Assembly (NCBI GenBank): GCA_037442745.1
Contig: JBBIPP010000008.1
Span: 690-64,689 of the forward strand
Origin: an archaeon
GTDB taxonomy: Archaea; SpSt-1190; DYHY01
Direction of reading: 5' to 3'
DNA: 64,000 nt
Part shown: positions 39,131-49,222 of the stretch, piece by piece
How the letters are laid out: each line of letters begins with the position of its first letter
Position numbering within the stretch: position 1 is the first letter of the stretch
Position numbers and translations under genes: made by a program
The notes under the pieces: model-generated
The model's database searches: none
What the model saw: the letters and a program-made list of their open reading frames with translations, nothing else
What the model was told of the DNA's origin: nothing

Positions 39131-39943
39131 ATGGCTGAACAAAAAGTTGTTCTGATAACCGGCGCATCTTCAGGAATCGGAAAATCCGCAGCCGAGATTT
39201 TCTCAAAGAGGGGATGGAAAGTGTATGCTGGATTCCGGAAAACAAAGGCCAAAATCCCCGGATGCAGGATGGTTTACCTCGATGTCAGAAGCCCTTACTC
39301 AATAAGGAAAGCTATTTCCCTGATAGGAAAAAAAGAGGGGCGCCTAGACGCCCTTGTGAACAACGCAGGATACGGACTTTTCGGGGCAATTGAGGATATA
39401 AGCCAAAAGGATTTCAGGGAGCAGTTCGAGACAAACGTCTTCGGCCTTGTCGAAACAACGCGGGAAGCGCTTCCGCTTATACGGGCGAGCAGTGGAAGAA
39501 TAGTGAACGTCAGCTCAGTTGTCGGGAAAATTTCATTCCCTTTCGCCGGCGCCTATTCCTCGAGCAAGTTCGCAGTCGAGGCAATATCAGACGCTCTCCG
39601 GCTGGAGATGAGGCCTTTTGGAGTGAAGGTCTCCCTAGTTGAGCCGGGACCAGTCAGGACGAATTTTTCGAAGAACGCCCTCCTGACATCCGACAAAATA
39701 ATGACAAACAAAAATTCCCAATATGCCGAGTATTACCGGAGGCGGTCTGAGCTTAACAAAAAATCCGCAGATAGAGGTCTTCTGCCAGCTTCTGTCGGAA
39801 AGGCGATTTTCGAGGCCTGCGTTTCAAAGAATCCCAAGCCAAGATATCTCGTTGCGGGGCCTGTGGGAATTGCAGTTTTCCTGAAATGGGTTCTTCCGGA
39901 CAAGCTGTTCGATTCAATAATTGCGAAAATATTCCGGATGTAG
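39131..39943 (+). CDS. short-chain dehydrogenase/reductase (SDR)
   Basis: 'ITGASSGIGK' and 'NNAG' motifs, catalytic 'YSSSK'. Start taken at 'MAEQKVVLITG'. Confidence 0.75.
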   Translation: MAEQKVVLITGASSGIGKSAAEIFSKRGWKVYAGFRKTKAKIPGCRMVYLDVRSPYSIRKAISLIGKKEGRLDALVNNAGYGLFGAIEDISQKDFREQFETNVFGLVETTREALPLIRASSGRIVNVSSVVGKISFPFAGAYSSSKFAVEAISDALRLEMRPFGVKVSLVEPGPVRTNFSKNALLTSDKIMTNKNSQYAEYYRRRSELNKKSADRGLLPASVGKAIFEACVSKNPKPRYLVAGPVGIAVFLKWVLPDKLFDSIIAKIFRM

Positions 39944-40150
39944 GGAAATTGATACGGCGGAATTCCCGGCTTGCGAAAACGGCAATTGCCGGGTCGTCCC
40001 AAAAGTTGCCGAATCCGCAATAAAAATCGGGGCAAAAGCAGTCCGGCTTCAGAGGAGATAACTTCCCCCCTCCCCCGAGACTGCAGGAAAGGCTGCCCCC
40101 TCAACAGTTGAGGACAGGTGCATTATGAAGGAAATGAAAAATCTCCTTGC

Positions 40151-40750
40151 CTAGCTGTTCGGCACAACTTCACAAGACCCTTCAACGCACTCGCACCTTC
40201 CAGCCCCGCAATCAAGTGGCCCGATGCACGCAGCTGTGCATAAAACGTTGTTGTCTTTCCTGACATACATTGCGTTGACGCACTCGGCCGGATGGCACCC
40301 TCCGGCAGGAACGCAGTCCGCTGAAAATGAGCACAGCTTTACTCCCTCGAGATTAGGCTTTTCAGTCCCATCCGCCCCGGGAAATCCGGAGCACTCACCC
40401 CTATAAAGAGTCCATTCCTCGCACACAATTCCCTCGGGAAGGGAGCACATCCCGACTTGCCCTCCGCCGTTTGGCCCCGGCTCCTCCTCGATAATTTCAA
40501 GAGTTCCGCCCAGTTTTTCGCAATAGACTGACGCAGGGTTAGGGACGCCGGGTCTTGCTCCGGGGCAATGGGCGAACTCGCACTTTGGCGGAACCCTTCC
40601 AACCGTGCTTCCGTCAGGACAGAGCTTTGCCTCTTCAGTGCACCCTACGGGCTGAGCCAAAAAGGAGAGCTGTCTGAAAAGAAGAACCCCTGCAATAACT
40701 AGAACGAACGCAGCAACTATCAAGGAGAGTATCCTCGCTTTCTTGTCCAT
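40151..40750 (-). CDS. secreted Cys-rich protein with DUF333-like motif
   Basis: N-terminal signal-anchor. 'NPASVYCEKLGG' matches the DUF333/YoaF-type motif. More than 20 Cys residues. Confidence 0.5.
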   Translation of the reverse strand: MDKKARILSLIVAAFVLVIAGVLLFRQLSFLAQPVGCTEEAKLCPDGSTVGRVPPKCEFAHCPGARPGVPNPASVYCEKLGGTLEIIEEEPGPNGGGQVGMCSLPEGIVCEEWTLYRGECSGFPGADGTEKPNLEGVKLCSFSADCVPAGGCHPAECVNAMYVRKDNNVLCTAACIGPLDCGAGRCECVEGSCEVVPNS

Positions 40751-40817
40751 TCGGGAGCAAAGGAGGCACTAGATATTAAACCAATTGCCCGAGACAGTCC
40801 CTTTTCAGGATCACTAA

Positions 40818-41348
40818 CTAGCCCCCGATAACAGTTTCCTTTTGGTTGACATATTCCCTGATCTGCTTTATTATCGTGCTGTTATCGAAGAACGCGAGCT
40901 TTCCGGAACATTCGTTGCAGACGAAATTGTTCTCGAACGCTTTCTCAAAAACGACCCTGACACAGCCATTCTGGCATTTGTAGAATTGATTGTTCCTCTC
41001 ATGCTCCAACTGTTCCCTGAGGTTCCCTAGGGATTTTTCCTTCCTATCGCCCATGAGCTTTCCTATCCGCCCGTGCTCGAGGCGCCAAAAATAAACATGC
41101 CACCCCCTTGTCTCATCCTTCATTTTCCGGAAGGAGACGAGCTTATTCTCATACAACCTGTAGAGAATTCTTCTGACTGCTTTCACATCCATTTTCAGGC
41201 GATCCGCGAGCCTGAACTCGTCGACTTCCTTGTGGCGCTTCAAAAGAGTCACAATGTCAATGCTTTTCGCACCACCTAGTTCCGCAAGAAGCTCCTGCGC
41301 ATAAGGGTTCTCAAATTCTTTGCCTGGTGTGTTTGTCGAGCGAACCAT
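40818..41348 (-). CDS. tfe: transcription factor E (TFE, TFIIE-alpha homologue)
   Basis: Winged-helix N-terminus and Zn-ribbon 'CQNGC...CNEC'. 176 aa. Confidence 0.7.
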   Translation of the reverse strand: MVRSTNTPGKEFENPYAQELLAELGGAKSIDIVTLLKRHKEVDEFRLADRLKMDVKAVRRILYRLYENKLVSFRKMKDETRGWHVYFWRLEHGRIGKLMGDRKEKSLGNLREQLEHERNNQFYKCQNGCVRVVFEKAFENNFVCNECSGKLAFFDNSTIIKQIREYVNQKETVIGG

Positions 41349-41386
41349 CCGTCTATTTCTCCTTTAATTCTCCCATTTTTATCCGG

Positions 41387-41425
41387 ACACACAATGGACA
41401 AAACTGTGCGTTCCGCATTGTGTGT
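41387..41425. promoter_or_regulatory. perfect 10-bp inverted repeat (acacacaatg-N19-cattgtgtgt) in the TFE upstream region
   Basis: Read directly from the sequence. It sits 40-80 bp upstream of the TFE start, next to A/T-rich TATA-like tracts. Confidence 0.4.
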
Positions 41426-41491
41426 AAAGCTATATATTGGTTCAACTCCTTTATATATATGACTGTTTCTCTAAAAGTGGTGACATTCACA

Positions 41492-42634
41492 TCAACTGAA
41501 AAATACTGCTTTTACTATTGGAATAAGTATGTTGAGTGCCAATAAGGGCCCGAACACCCAAAAAGCCCATTTGCTGACTGCTTTTCCTCTTTTCTCCCCA
41601 AAAAGGCGTTCCATTACTCCCGCAAAAATTCTCCCGCCATCCATTATTGGGAATGGGAACAGGTTGATTATTCCGACCCCAATATTGAGGTTAAAAACCC
41701 AGTTGAAAAGGCCGAGGAGCCAAACAAGGATTTTTCCGAACATAGTTATTGAGACTTTTGCCTTTGTTGTGACACCTATCCTTCCACTTTCAGGAGAATC
41801 ATCCCTTGGGCCAGCGACAATTTCGACAACAGTTCCGTCCGACTTTTCAATTGAGAGAGTTTCCCCCGGTTTCAGCTCCTTTGCAAGGGAAATGAACTCC
41901 TCGAGAGCTAGGACACTTTTTCCGTTAACTGAGACAAGCACATCTCCGGGGAATAGCCTTCCGAAAGCAGGGGAGTTCTCGTCAACTGAGACAATCTCAG
42001 TTCCCGCAGGAGAAATGTTTCCCCTAGCTGGAATTGAGAGTAGAAAAGCCAGGCCAATTATCAAAATTGCTGTGAGGAAATTGGCAAAGCTTCCGGCAGC
42101 GAAAATCCGAAGGCGCGTCCGAAGAGGAGTTTTCGAGAGCTTCTTTTCGTCAATTTCAACTCCAGCCGCAGGTATGAAGAGGAGAAGTGCCAAGGCAATT
42201 GATTTCGGCCTTACCCCGTGGCTTGATGCGACAATTGCGTGCGCGAGCTCGTGGACAATTGCGAGTATTGCAATTGAAATTATTCCGTAGACAAGCGGGA
42301 GGAAGACCGGGCTACCGGGAACCCTCACTCCCGGAATTATTATTGAGACTGCCGAAGTTCCGGAAGGGGTGAGAACGTTTATCAGGCTTTTTACAAGGAA
42401 ATAGACAACGAAGACCATTCCGGCGAAACCGATTACAACTCCAACGTCCGAGACCGGCCCGACAAATTTCTGCCAGTCCTTCGATTTCTTATAGACCCAG
42501 TCCCCGAGCCTCTTGCTCTTCAGGAGGAAGAGCGGGAACTGGATTTCCACATTCTTCCTGAAAACAAAGATAACCAATGCAAGTGAGATAATCCAGCCGA
42601 GGAAAACCGGGTCAATTCCAAAGGGAAGCCGCAT
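41492..42634 (-). CDS. site-2 protease (M50 family, RseP/S2P-like) with PDZ domain
   Basis: 'HELAHA' HExxH in a TM helix. PDZ-like middle region. 380 aa. Confidence 0.75.
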   Translation of the reverse strand: MRLPFGIDPVFLGWIISLALVIFVFRKNVEIQFPLFLLKSKRLGDWVYKKSKDWQKFVGPVSDVGVVIGFAGMVFVVYFLVKSLINVLTPSGTSAVSIIIPGVRVPGSPVFLPLVYGIISIAILAIVHELAHAIVASSHGVRPKSIALALLLFIPAAGVEIDEKKLSKTPLRTRLRIFAAGSFANFLTAILIIGLAFLLSIPARGNISPAGTEIVSVDENSPAFGRLFPGDVLVSVNGKSVLALEEFISLAKELKPGETLSIEKSDGTVVEIVAGPRDDSPESGRIGVTTKAKVSITMFGKILVWLLGLFNWVFNLNIGVGIINLFPFPIMDGGRIFAGVMERLFGEKRGKAVSKWAFWVFGPLLALNILIPIVKAVFFS

Positions 42635-43304
42635 TCTTTCCCTTTCTGAGAAATCCCTTTATAATTCCTCTGAGCGAATCGGTTCGGATTGGAAAAACGC
42701 CAGAATTAGCAGTATCTGCGCTTGCCGAGGACGGGGACGGGAAAATTCTTCTCAAAAATATTGAACAAATACCCAAGGAAAATGATTGAAGAGCTAAAAA
42801 ATGCACCGAGAAACTTCTGCCGACATTCACGGGGTGACAAAAAAAGCAGGCAATTCCCCATTCCAAAAATTCCCCGGAGCAATACGCTTTCCACACGGGC
42901 GATTTTGAATTGAGCCCTGTCAGGGCGGCGACCGAAGGGCTGATAACTCTGCGGGCGCCAAGGAGAAACACAGCCCTTCTCTTGAGCGGGAACGCAAACG
43001 TTGCCGATATTTTCTCAGCCCCTTGGGCAGTCTCTCCGAACGCTCCGAAAGCAAGGGCAATTCCAAATTTCTCATATTCTCCAATTGGGCCTGACTCTTC
43101 CGGAAAATAATGGAAACTCCAAACAAAATAAGGAAGAATTCTTCCCTATTCCGAGAAAACCCTTCTTAAGCAATAATTCTTCCAACCGAAAAATAATGAA
43201 CAGAATTGTTCCTTTAACCTTTTTTTAGTGGCAAATCTTATAAATTCGGAGCAATTTCCCCAATCCAAAAAAGGAAAAAACTACGCGGGGATGAACAAAA
43301 AGAA

Positions 43305-44576
43305 ATGAAAGCGAAAAAACTGATTGTGCCGGCCGTACTTATTCTCGGAGCTGCATTGAGCGCCTGCGGAGCGGGGGGCGCCGACGCCCCTTCAGTTGAC
43401 CCAAGAACTTTCCCTGCCGGAGACCCGGCAGCAGTAGCTCCCCAAGGTCCTGTCTCTCATGTATTCGATTGCAGTCCGCTCCAGGAGAGCTATTCCTCAA
43501 TGCTCGGACAGCAGGCGGTTGCGCAGGAAACCGCATTTTTCGGGGCAACCCTCCAAGATAACATCCTCCAAATAAAGGGAATGCTTCCAAATGTGGATAA
43601 TTGCGCAATCCCCGGGGACTTTTCCTCATATACTGATCTCAAGGGACCCGTAAGAGACCCTTCCTGCGTTGCTGAAAAGCTCGGGGAAATTGAGCCAATA
43701 TTCTCCCAGGCGTTAAAAGGGACAAGAACCTCTTTAGCAATCCCGTATTCGGCAGAAACAACAAACCTAACAAACGACATCAACTACTTCATGCAAGTTG
43801 CGGAAGACGCAAGAGGAATAGACATGTCGAAAGTTACCGAGACAATTACAGCATACAAAAACTGGCTTGCCCAAGTCAATTTGACGCAGGCGAACCTCGA
43901 TTCAACGAACGCCCAGATTGCGAGCGCGCCATCCGCAATACAGCCGAAATACGACAGGGCTTTCCAGCTCTTCAACACATATTCGGGCATAAGAACCGCT
44001 TTTTCATGCGGGATACGCGAAAACGAGTTGTGCATCAACGGAACGCAATCCGTTTTCCAATATGCCAAGGAAATAAAAGCTGAGCTAGATCCCCTTTTGA
44101 TTGAGCTGTACGGAACAACTCTCCCCGACATAGGCCAAGGGCCTTTCGACTGGGGCGGAACTCCTTGGGATGGAAGGGGGCCAGACACTGGAAATGTTGC
44201 AAAATATTTCGAGAACTTCACGCCCCAGATGACCGGGGCCGAGAACAACGGAGTCTGCCTTTTTGGATGCGCTCCAGAGCTGGGACAAGGCTCCCTTTTC
44301 CAGCAGTACGACGCGCTTCTCGATTCAGTTCCGGGACTGAAAAAACAGCTTGCGGAGCAGATGAATGAATACATTGGAGCTAGGAACAAGCTTGTCGAGG
44401 AGCTCGGACTTATGGCTTTTGCGCCCCTGAGAATGACAGTCGACCCAGTCCAGATAGAAATTATTTCCAAGGCATATTCGACGACTGCTCAGGGATATAA
44501 CGATATGCTTGCGCCAATCCGGCAGAAGCTTGTCGCAAACGGGTGTGAGGTTCCAGCCATTGAGTCCGCGCCTTAG
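43305..44576 (+). CDS. secreted lipoprotein (423 aa)
   Basis: Signal peptide with a lipobox-like 'LSAC'. No further motif. Confidence 0.5.
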   Translation: MKAKKLIVPAVLILGAALSACGAGGADAPSVDPRTFPAGDPAAVAPQGPVSHVFDCSPLQESYSSMLGQQAVAQETAFFGATLQDNILQIKGMLPNVDNCAIPGDFSSYTDLKGPVRDPSCVAEKLGEIEPIFSQALKGTRTSLAIPYSAETTNLTNDINYFMQVAEDARGIDMSKVTETITAYKNWLAQVNLTQANLDSTNAQIASAPSAIQPKYDRAFQLFNTYSGIRTAFSCGIRENELCINGTQSVFQYAKEIKAELDPLLIELYGTTLPDIGQGPFDWGGTPWDGRGPDTGNVAKYFENFTPQMTGAENNGVCLFGCAPELGQGSLFQQYDALLDSVPGLKKQLAEQMNEYIGARNKLVEELGLMAFAPLRMTVDPVQIEIISKAYSTTAQGYNDMLAPIRQKLVANGCEVPAIESAP

Positions 44577-44639
44577 GGCGGAAAAAGCCAACGGAGGCTG
44601 TCTTGGGAATTTCCGCCTAGCGGAAGCAATAGCAACCTA

Positions 44640-45784
44640 AAAACCCACGCCCTAACACATCCTTAAAAAATAGAAATCCCCCGGGAATCCGCATAGAGAC
44701 AATAATTAGCGAAGACGGAAAGAAACATCTGCATATTTCTCAGGAAAATTTTTCAAATGAATCCCGGCTTCAAGAGCACATATTGAAAAACCCAGAGGCA
44801 TACAAATATATGAAATAGACGAAAACAGGAATGTCGCGATAATATGTAGGGAGTTTCCAACGGCTAGCTGACCGACAAATTCCCCCGGAATTGACGGAGA
44901 CGGAAACCTATACATAATAGAGGCCAAACTACGGAAAAATTCCGACAGAAGGCAAGTAGTTGCGCAAATACCCGATTATGGTGCTTCCTTGACAGAACAG
45001 TCTTTTGAAGAGTTTCCCAAACTAGCCGACTCCGGAGCAAAAAAAGCTATCAGGAAAAAAGCCACCGAGTTCATATCGGGTTTTTTCTCATTCTAAGAAG
45101 AAGAGACGAAAATTCTCCCGCAAAAAGTCTCGCTAAACCTGTCTGAATGGAGCTTAAATTTCATTGTTCTGATGGACAACATAGACGCCCGGATGAAGCG
45201 CCTCGTCTCCTACATAAACAGAAAGAGCAGAACTAGCACATTCGCAGTCGAACCGGAGAACTATGGGCACGAGAAGTTTGAGATAACGATGCCAAAAATA
45301 TACGGAAAAGAGTCAAAGAAAGAAGATCCGCGACTGCCTCCCGACAAAAAGTGACTCTTTGGACGAAAGAACTTTTGCCGGAAAAACTGAAAACTGCGTA
45401 TGGAGAACGCGCGTATGCCGGAACAAGCGCATTAATCAAATTGCTCAAAGAGAACGAAGTCTGGTTGTATTGGATGCGAAACCAGAGAGGCTCTTTCATA
45501 CCCGTTTTTTACGGAAAAGACAGACGAGAATTCCTTCCTTTTTCAGTAATGGGCGATTGCCCGATTGTGTGGAATGCTTGGCATCAAGAAATCGAAAAAT
45601 TGCCTTTCCATTTAACAATTCAGAGAGCCAAATTGCACTGCTGAAAAAGCTAAAAGAAATACCCGAAGAATCAACAAGGCTCGACGGCAAACGAGAATCT
45701 TTCAAGACGTTTCTCGAGGAGTTATCAAAAGAGCAAGTATTCAAAAAATTCGCAGAGGCGTTAGAATTCGTCAAAAAGAGATAA
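44640..45784 (+). pseudogene. decayed gene: PD-(D/E)xK-nuclease-like fragments in three frames
   Basis: Consecutive protein-like fragments are separated by stops and frameshifts ('...LQEHILKNPEAYKYMK*', 'EIDENRNVAIICREFPTAS*', 'GIDGDGNLYIIEAKLRKNSD...', then three further shifted ORFs to 45784). Confidence 0.4.
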
Positions 45785-45874
45785 AATAAAAAACAAAGGA
45801 ACGCACGATTTTTTGTTTCTTGACATGTCAAGCCCAGATTGAGCTTCTTCTAAAGGAAAAGGCAATATGTTCTG

Positions 45875-45887
45875 AGCCACCAGTGGC
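45875..45887 (-). repeat. 13-nt duplicate of the tRNA-Thr 3' end
   Basis: 'gagccaccagtgg' at 45875-45887 equals the tRNA-Thr 3' terminus at 45962-45974. Confidence 0.5.
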
Positions 45888-45962
45888 CGAGTCAATAATT
45901 ATTTTTGAACAGACGAGGTCCGGTGGCTCTTGCCAAAACTCACTTGCCTATAGACAATCAAG

Positions 45963-46035
45963 AGCCACCAGTGGGATTTGAACCCACGGCCTGCGGTTTA
46001 CGAAACCGCCGCTCTACCGGCTGAGCTATGGTGGC
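45963..46035 (-). tRNA. tRNA-Thr (anticodon CGT)
   Basis: Reverse complement: GCCACCA-ua-GCUC-AGCCGGU-AGAGC-g-GCGGU-UUCGUAA-ACCGC-AGGCC-GUGGG-UUCAAAU-CCCAC-UGGUGGC-U. Confidence 0.85.
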
Positions 46036-46080
46036 GTCTTTTCCTCAAAGCAAAGCCGGCATATTTATCCGCTCCCGACC

Positions 46081-46420
46081 GAAAGGGAGGTCCGTGCCCA
46101 CAGGCACGGATACCGGCTGAGTCCGGGGCTGCTACCAGGATTTCGCCAATTCCTGATTGCACGGACTCGACTATTGTTGCGCGAAAAGCATTTCCTTTCA
46201 GATACACCCTTTTCGTGCAATTGTTCCGTGTTTCCCACGGATTCAGGCGTTTCTTCCAACTTTCCCCAGAGGGAAATTGACCTGAGTAGGAAGGCCATGC
46301 CTTTAAAAAAATGCCTAGCCTGTGAGCTTTACCCCGATAGGGAAGATGCCCCCTTAATATGCATAATATTGCCGGATACCTCAGTCGAGATTTGCCGGAA
46401 GGACGGCGTACCCGATTAAA
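46081..46420 (+). ncRNA. candidate structured ncRNA with RNase P CR-I-like motif, in a ~700-bp ORF-poor region
   Basis: Perfect hairpin 'tccgtgcc-caca-ggcacgga' (46091-46110) followed by 'gagtccggggctgctaccagg', which resembles the RNase P RNA CR-I block (A)AGUCCGGGCUCCAUAGGG. No ORF support. Not verified. Confidence 0.25.
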
Positions 46421-46773
46421 TTGCCTAGCGAGGGACTCCCAATAGCACTTCCCTCAGAAGCGCTTACCTTTCCGACAGAATATAACATGTTGCTGGCCAC
46501 GTCTTCCTCCGCGTTCAGTTAGAGATTACACACATAAACAGCCCTAAACCAAATCAGCATTTTTTCACCTTTCGGGCAACCCCTTTCCTTTCCTTTCCTG
46601 AAAAAACGCTTCTGCCTTCGAATAGGGACAACAACTAGCTTGAACCCGGCTCCCGCCTTAAATTTTGACTTGACAAAATTTCAATAGAGAATTCTTACAA
46701 CAATATAACGGTTGCCGAGATTAACCGGAAATAAGTACAATTTTTAAACCACTTTGCGCGAATATTCACGAAA

Positions 46774-47307
46774 ATGGACCTGCACAGCGCAACTGTTTTC
46801 ACCCTTTCCCTCCTAACAGTTCTCTCAAACATCGGGCTTTTTGTCGGAGTTTCCCTCTATTTTCTCCGGAAAAAGCCAAAACCCCTAAAACCGGCTTTCG
46901 GATTTGCAAGGAAATACGCAGTATTTCTCGCATTGACAGTGTCAATTTTCGCAACAACCGCCTCGTTTGTGCTATCCGAACTACTTGGGTTCGCTCCCTG
47001 CTCGCTTTGCATTGTCCAGAGGGCGCTAATGTATCCGATTCCAATTGTCCTCGGCCTTGCTCTGTTTTTCAGGGCAAAGCAACCAATGAACTATTCCTTG
47101 CCCTTCGCTCTTGGAGGGGCAATTGTCTCCTTATACCACATATTCCTCCAAATCCGGGGAAGCGAGACCCCTTTCTGCGGTGCGCTATCATCCAATTGCG
47201 AGATAATCGAGTTCATTAATTTCGGATATGTGACAATTCCGGTAATGGCTCTCTCCGGATTTTTGGCAATTGCTTTTCTCTGGCTAATCTCAATTGCGAA
47301 AGAGTGA
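46774..47307 (+). CDS. DsbB/BdbC-like disulfide bond formation membrane protein
   Basis: Four TM helices, CxxC 'CSLC' in the first periplasmic loop and a second Cys pair 'CGALSSNC'. Confidence 0.55.
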   Translation: MDLHSATVFTLSLLTVLSNIGLFVGVSLYFLRKKPKPLKPAFGFARKYAVFLALTVSIFATTASFVLSELLGFAPCSLCIVQRALMYPIPIVLGLALFFRAKQPMNYSLPFALGGAIVSLYHIFLQIRGSETPFCGALSSNCEIIEFINFGYVTIPVMALSGFLAIAFLWLISIAKE

Positions 47308-47378
47308 ACCTTCTCTCATCTCCAATTTCCCCTCTCGCCAAAGCAAGTGTTTTATAGCCAGATTTCCGTTGTTACGAA

Positions 47379-47852
47379 ATGTCCGAATCCAAGAAGGAAA
47401 TTGATGCAAGAATAATCCTAGAAGCCCAAGGGACTCCCAAGGAAAAGGTCGAAGAGGCCCTGAAGAAGCTTCTCGTTGCCCTGGAAGAGCAGAAAGGGGT
47501 CGGCGTTTATGAGAAAAAGTTCATTGAAACAGAGGAAAAGGACGAGTTCTTCTCCTCCCTTTGCGATGCAGGCGCGAAATTCGACAATTTCGAGACTCTT
47601 ATGTCAATTGTCCTCAATTTCGGGCCGACCGCAATTGTTCTCAATTCCCCTGACAAAATAGAGGTTTCTGCAGGAGAGGTGCAGAATATTGTCGGCGATA
47701 TGACTGCTCTTCTTCACACATTGGCCCAAGAGAACGCTGTCCTGAAAATGCAGAACAGGGCAATGCTCTCCCGAATAAAGGAGGCTGGGCTATTGGATCA
47801 GGATCTTTCGCCCGAAAGCGGGAAAGGGTTTCAGCCTGTGAAGGAAAACTGA
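47379..47852 (+). CDS. hypothetical protein (157 aa)
   Basis: ORF with no recognisable motif. Confidence 0.35.
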   Translation: MSESKKEIDARIILEAQGTPKEKVEEALKKLLVALEEQKGVGVYEKKFIETEEKDEFFSSLCDAGAKFDNFETLMSIVLNFGPTAIVLNSPDKIEVSAGEVQNIVGDMTALLHTLAQENAVLKMQNRAMLSRIKEAGLLDQDLSPESGKGFQPVKEN

Positions 47853-47888
47853 AAAACCATTATAAAGTAGTTAATCCCAAAGACTGAC

Positions 47889-48746
47889 GTGACCTACCTA
47901 TTCAATTCAACTGGCAGTACGCAGGCATTGGAAAACCTAACAGGCAGATATCCAGTTTTCCTCAGGCAGTGGGAAGAGCAAGAGATGTTCTATTCCGACA
48001 AGGTTCCGGACACGCTTATTGACAGAAGAAGGCCTGCCCTTGTTGTTTTTTCCCGCGAATTTCCGGGAATTGCCATAGCATCCGAATTTGGCGTCACCGA
48101 ACAATATTCCCTTGAAGCTGAAAAATATGCGAAACGGCTTGTCGGAACTTGCTATTCACCCAAATTCTCCGCAGTTTTCTGGAAAGCCTCAAAAGCCTTT
48201 TCAGAAAGTCCTCTTCCCGAGCCTACAGAGCTTCTTTTGGCAGCATATTCCGAGGAAAGCGCACACTCACTGCTTGCCCAATTGGACAGCGCCCTAGGGG
48301 ATGCCCGGGAAATTGACCTTCTTTCAAATGAACCCGGGACTTTTGGGGAAGTTTATTCCTTCCTCAGGCTTGCCAATCTCAGGAGGGAGTCAACACCCGG
48401 GAGATTTCGGTCCTGCGAACCGAGGGCTTCTTTCGGGGTAATTTCCTCAGGGAGGGGACCAATAATCTATAGGCTTGAGGAGAACTTGGGAGTATATGAA
48501 CGAATCCTTTCCGGCAGAGCTACCCGGGAAGATTTGGGTAGGCTAGACCCGAATTTTGCAGAGAGCGACCTAATTGAGCACATTGGCCAAGACGCCCTTC
48601 TCGCCAGATATCAGAGGACTGGGGAACTTCCAATCCACCTTCTGACAGCCCCCTCATCCGAACTTTCAATTGCCTGCCTTTCGGAGAATTTGCCCGAGGG
48701 AATTGGAACTGCCCTTGAAAAAGCAAGAACTGCTTATCGGGACTAG
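47889..48746 (+). CDS. hypothetical protein (285 aa)
   Basis: ORF with no recognisable motif. Confidence 0.4.
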   Translation: MTYLFNSTGSTQALENLTGRYPVFLRQWEEQEMFYSDKVPDTLIDRRRPALVVFSREFPGIAIASEFGVTEQYSLEAEKYAKRLVGTCYSPKFSAVFWKASKAFSESPLPEPTELLLAAYSEESAHSLLAQLDSALGDAREIDLLSNEPGTFGEVYSFLRLANLRRESTPGRFRSCEPRASFGVISSGRGPIIYRLEENLGVYERILSGRATREDLGRLDPNFAESDLIEHIGQDALLARYQRTGELPIHLLTAPSSELSIACLSENLPEGIGTALEKARTAYRD

Positions 48747-48959
48747 TTTCAGCAAATTAATTGCTTGAAAAATTTGAAACCATTAATAAATAGTTAATTA
48801 AATATCGCGTAAGGTCTAATTGAAATTAGGCAAGAAACGTCTTTTTTGGGAATAGGCATAAATAACGCAGCCGGTTGTCTATCTTTGTCTCGTTTCGGAT
48901 GTCTATTCCGAAGGCAACTCCTTCGGAAAAGCCGTTGATTAGGCATCTTTCTCAAAATG

Positions 48960-49015
48960 CCCTGCCTGTCCAAAGGAATCCAGATTTTCTGGAAGATGGA
49001 CAAACCTAGGCAGGG
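48960..49015. other. nested-hairpin structured element upstream of the S-layer-like gene
   Basis: 'ccctgcctgtcc...ccagattttctgg...ggacaaacctaggcaggg' has an outer 8-bp stem enclosing an inner hairpin. A separate perfect hairpin 'ttccgaagg-caact-ccttcggaa' lies at 48906-48928. Confidence 0.35.
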
Positions 49016-49222
49016 TCAATTTGGGAAGGAAAAATGGCCTGAACCAGAGCCCGGAAAGATTGCGGGCGAAGAAAGGACCTGACAAGTAATACAAAATATG
49101 ACGTTAAAATCGGCAATCACAATTGCCAACATTCGTCAATAGACGTATTATTTGCCAAAAACCTAATAAAGAGAATAACAAGACACCGAAATACGACATA
49201 AAATAGTCGGAGGAAACAAAAA

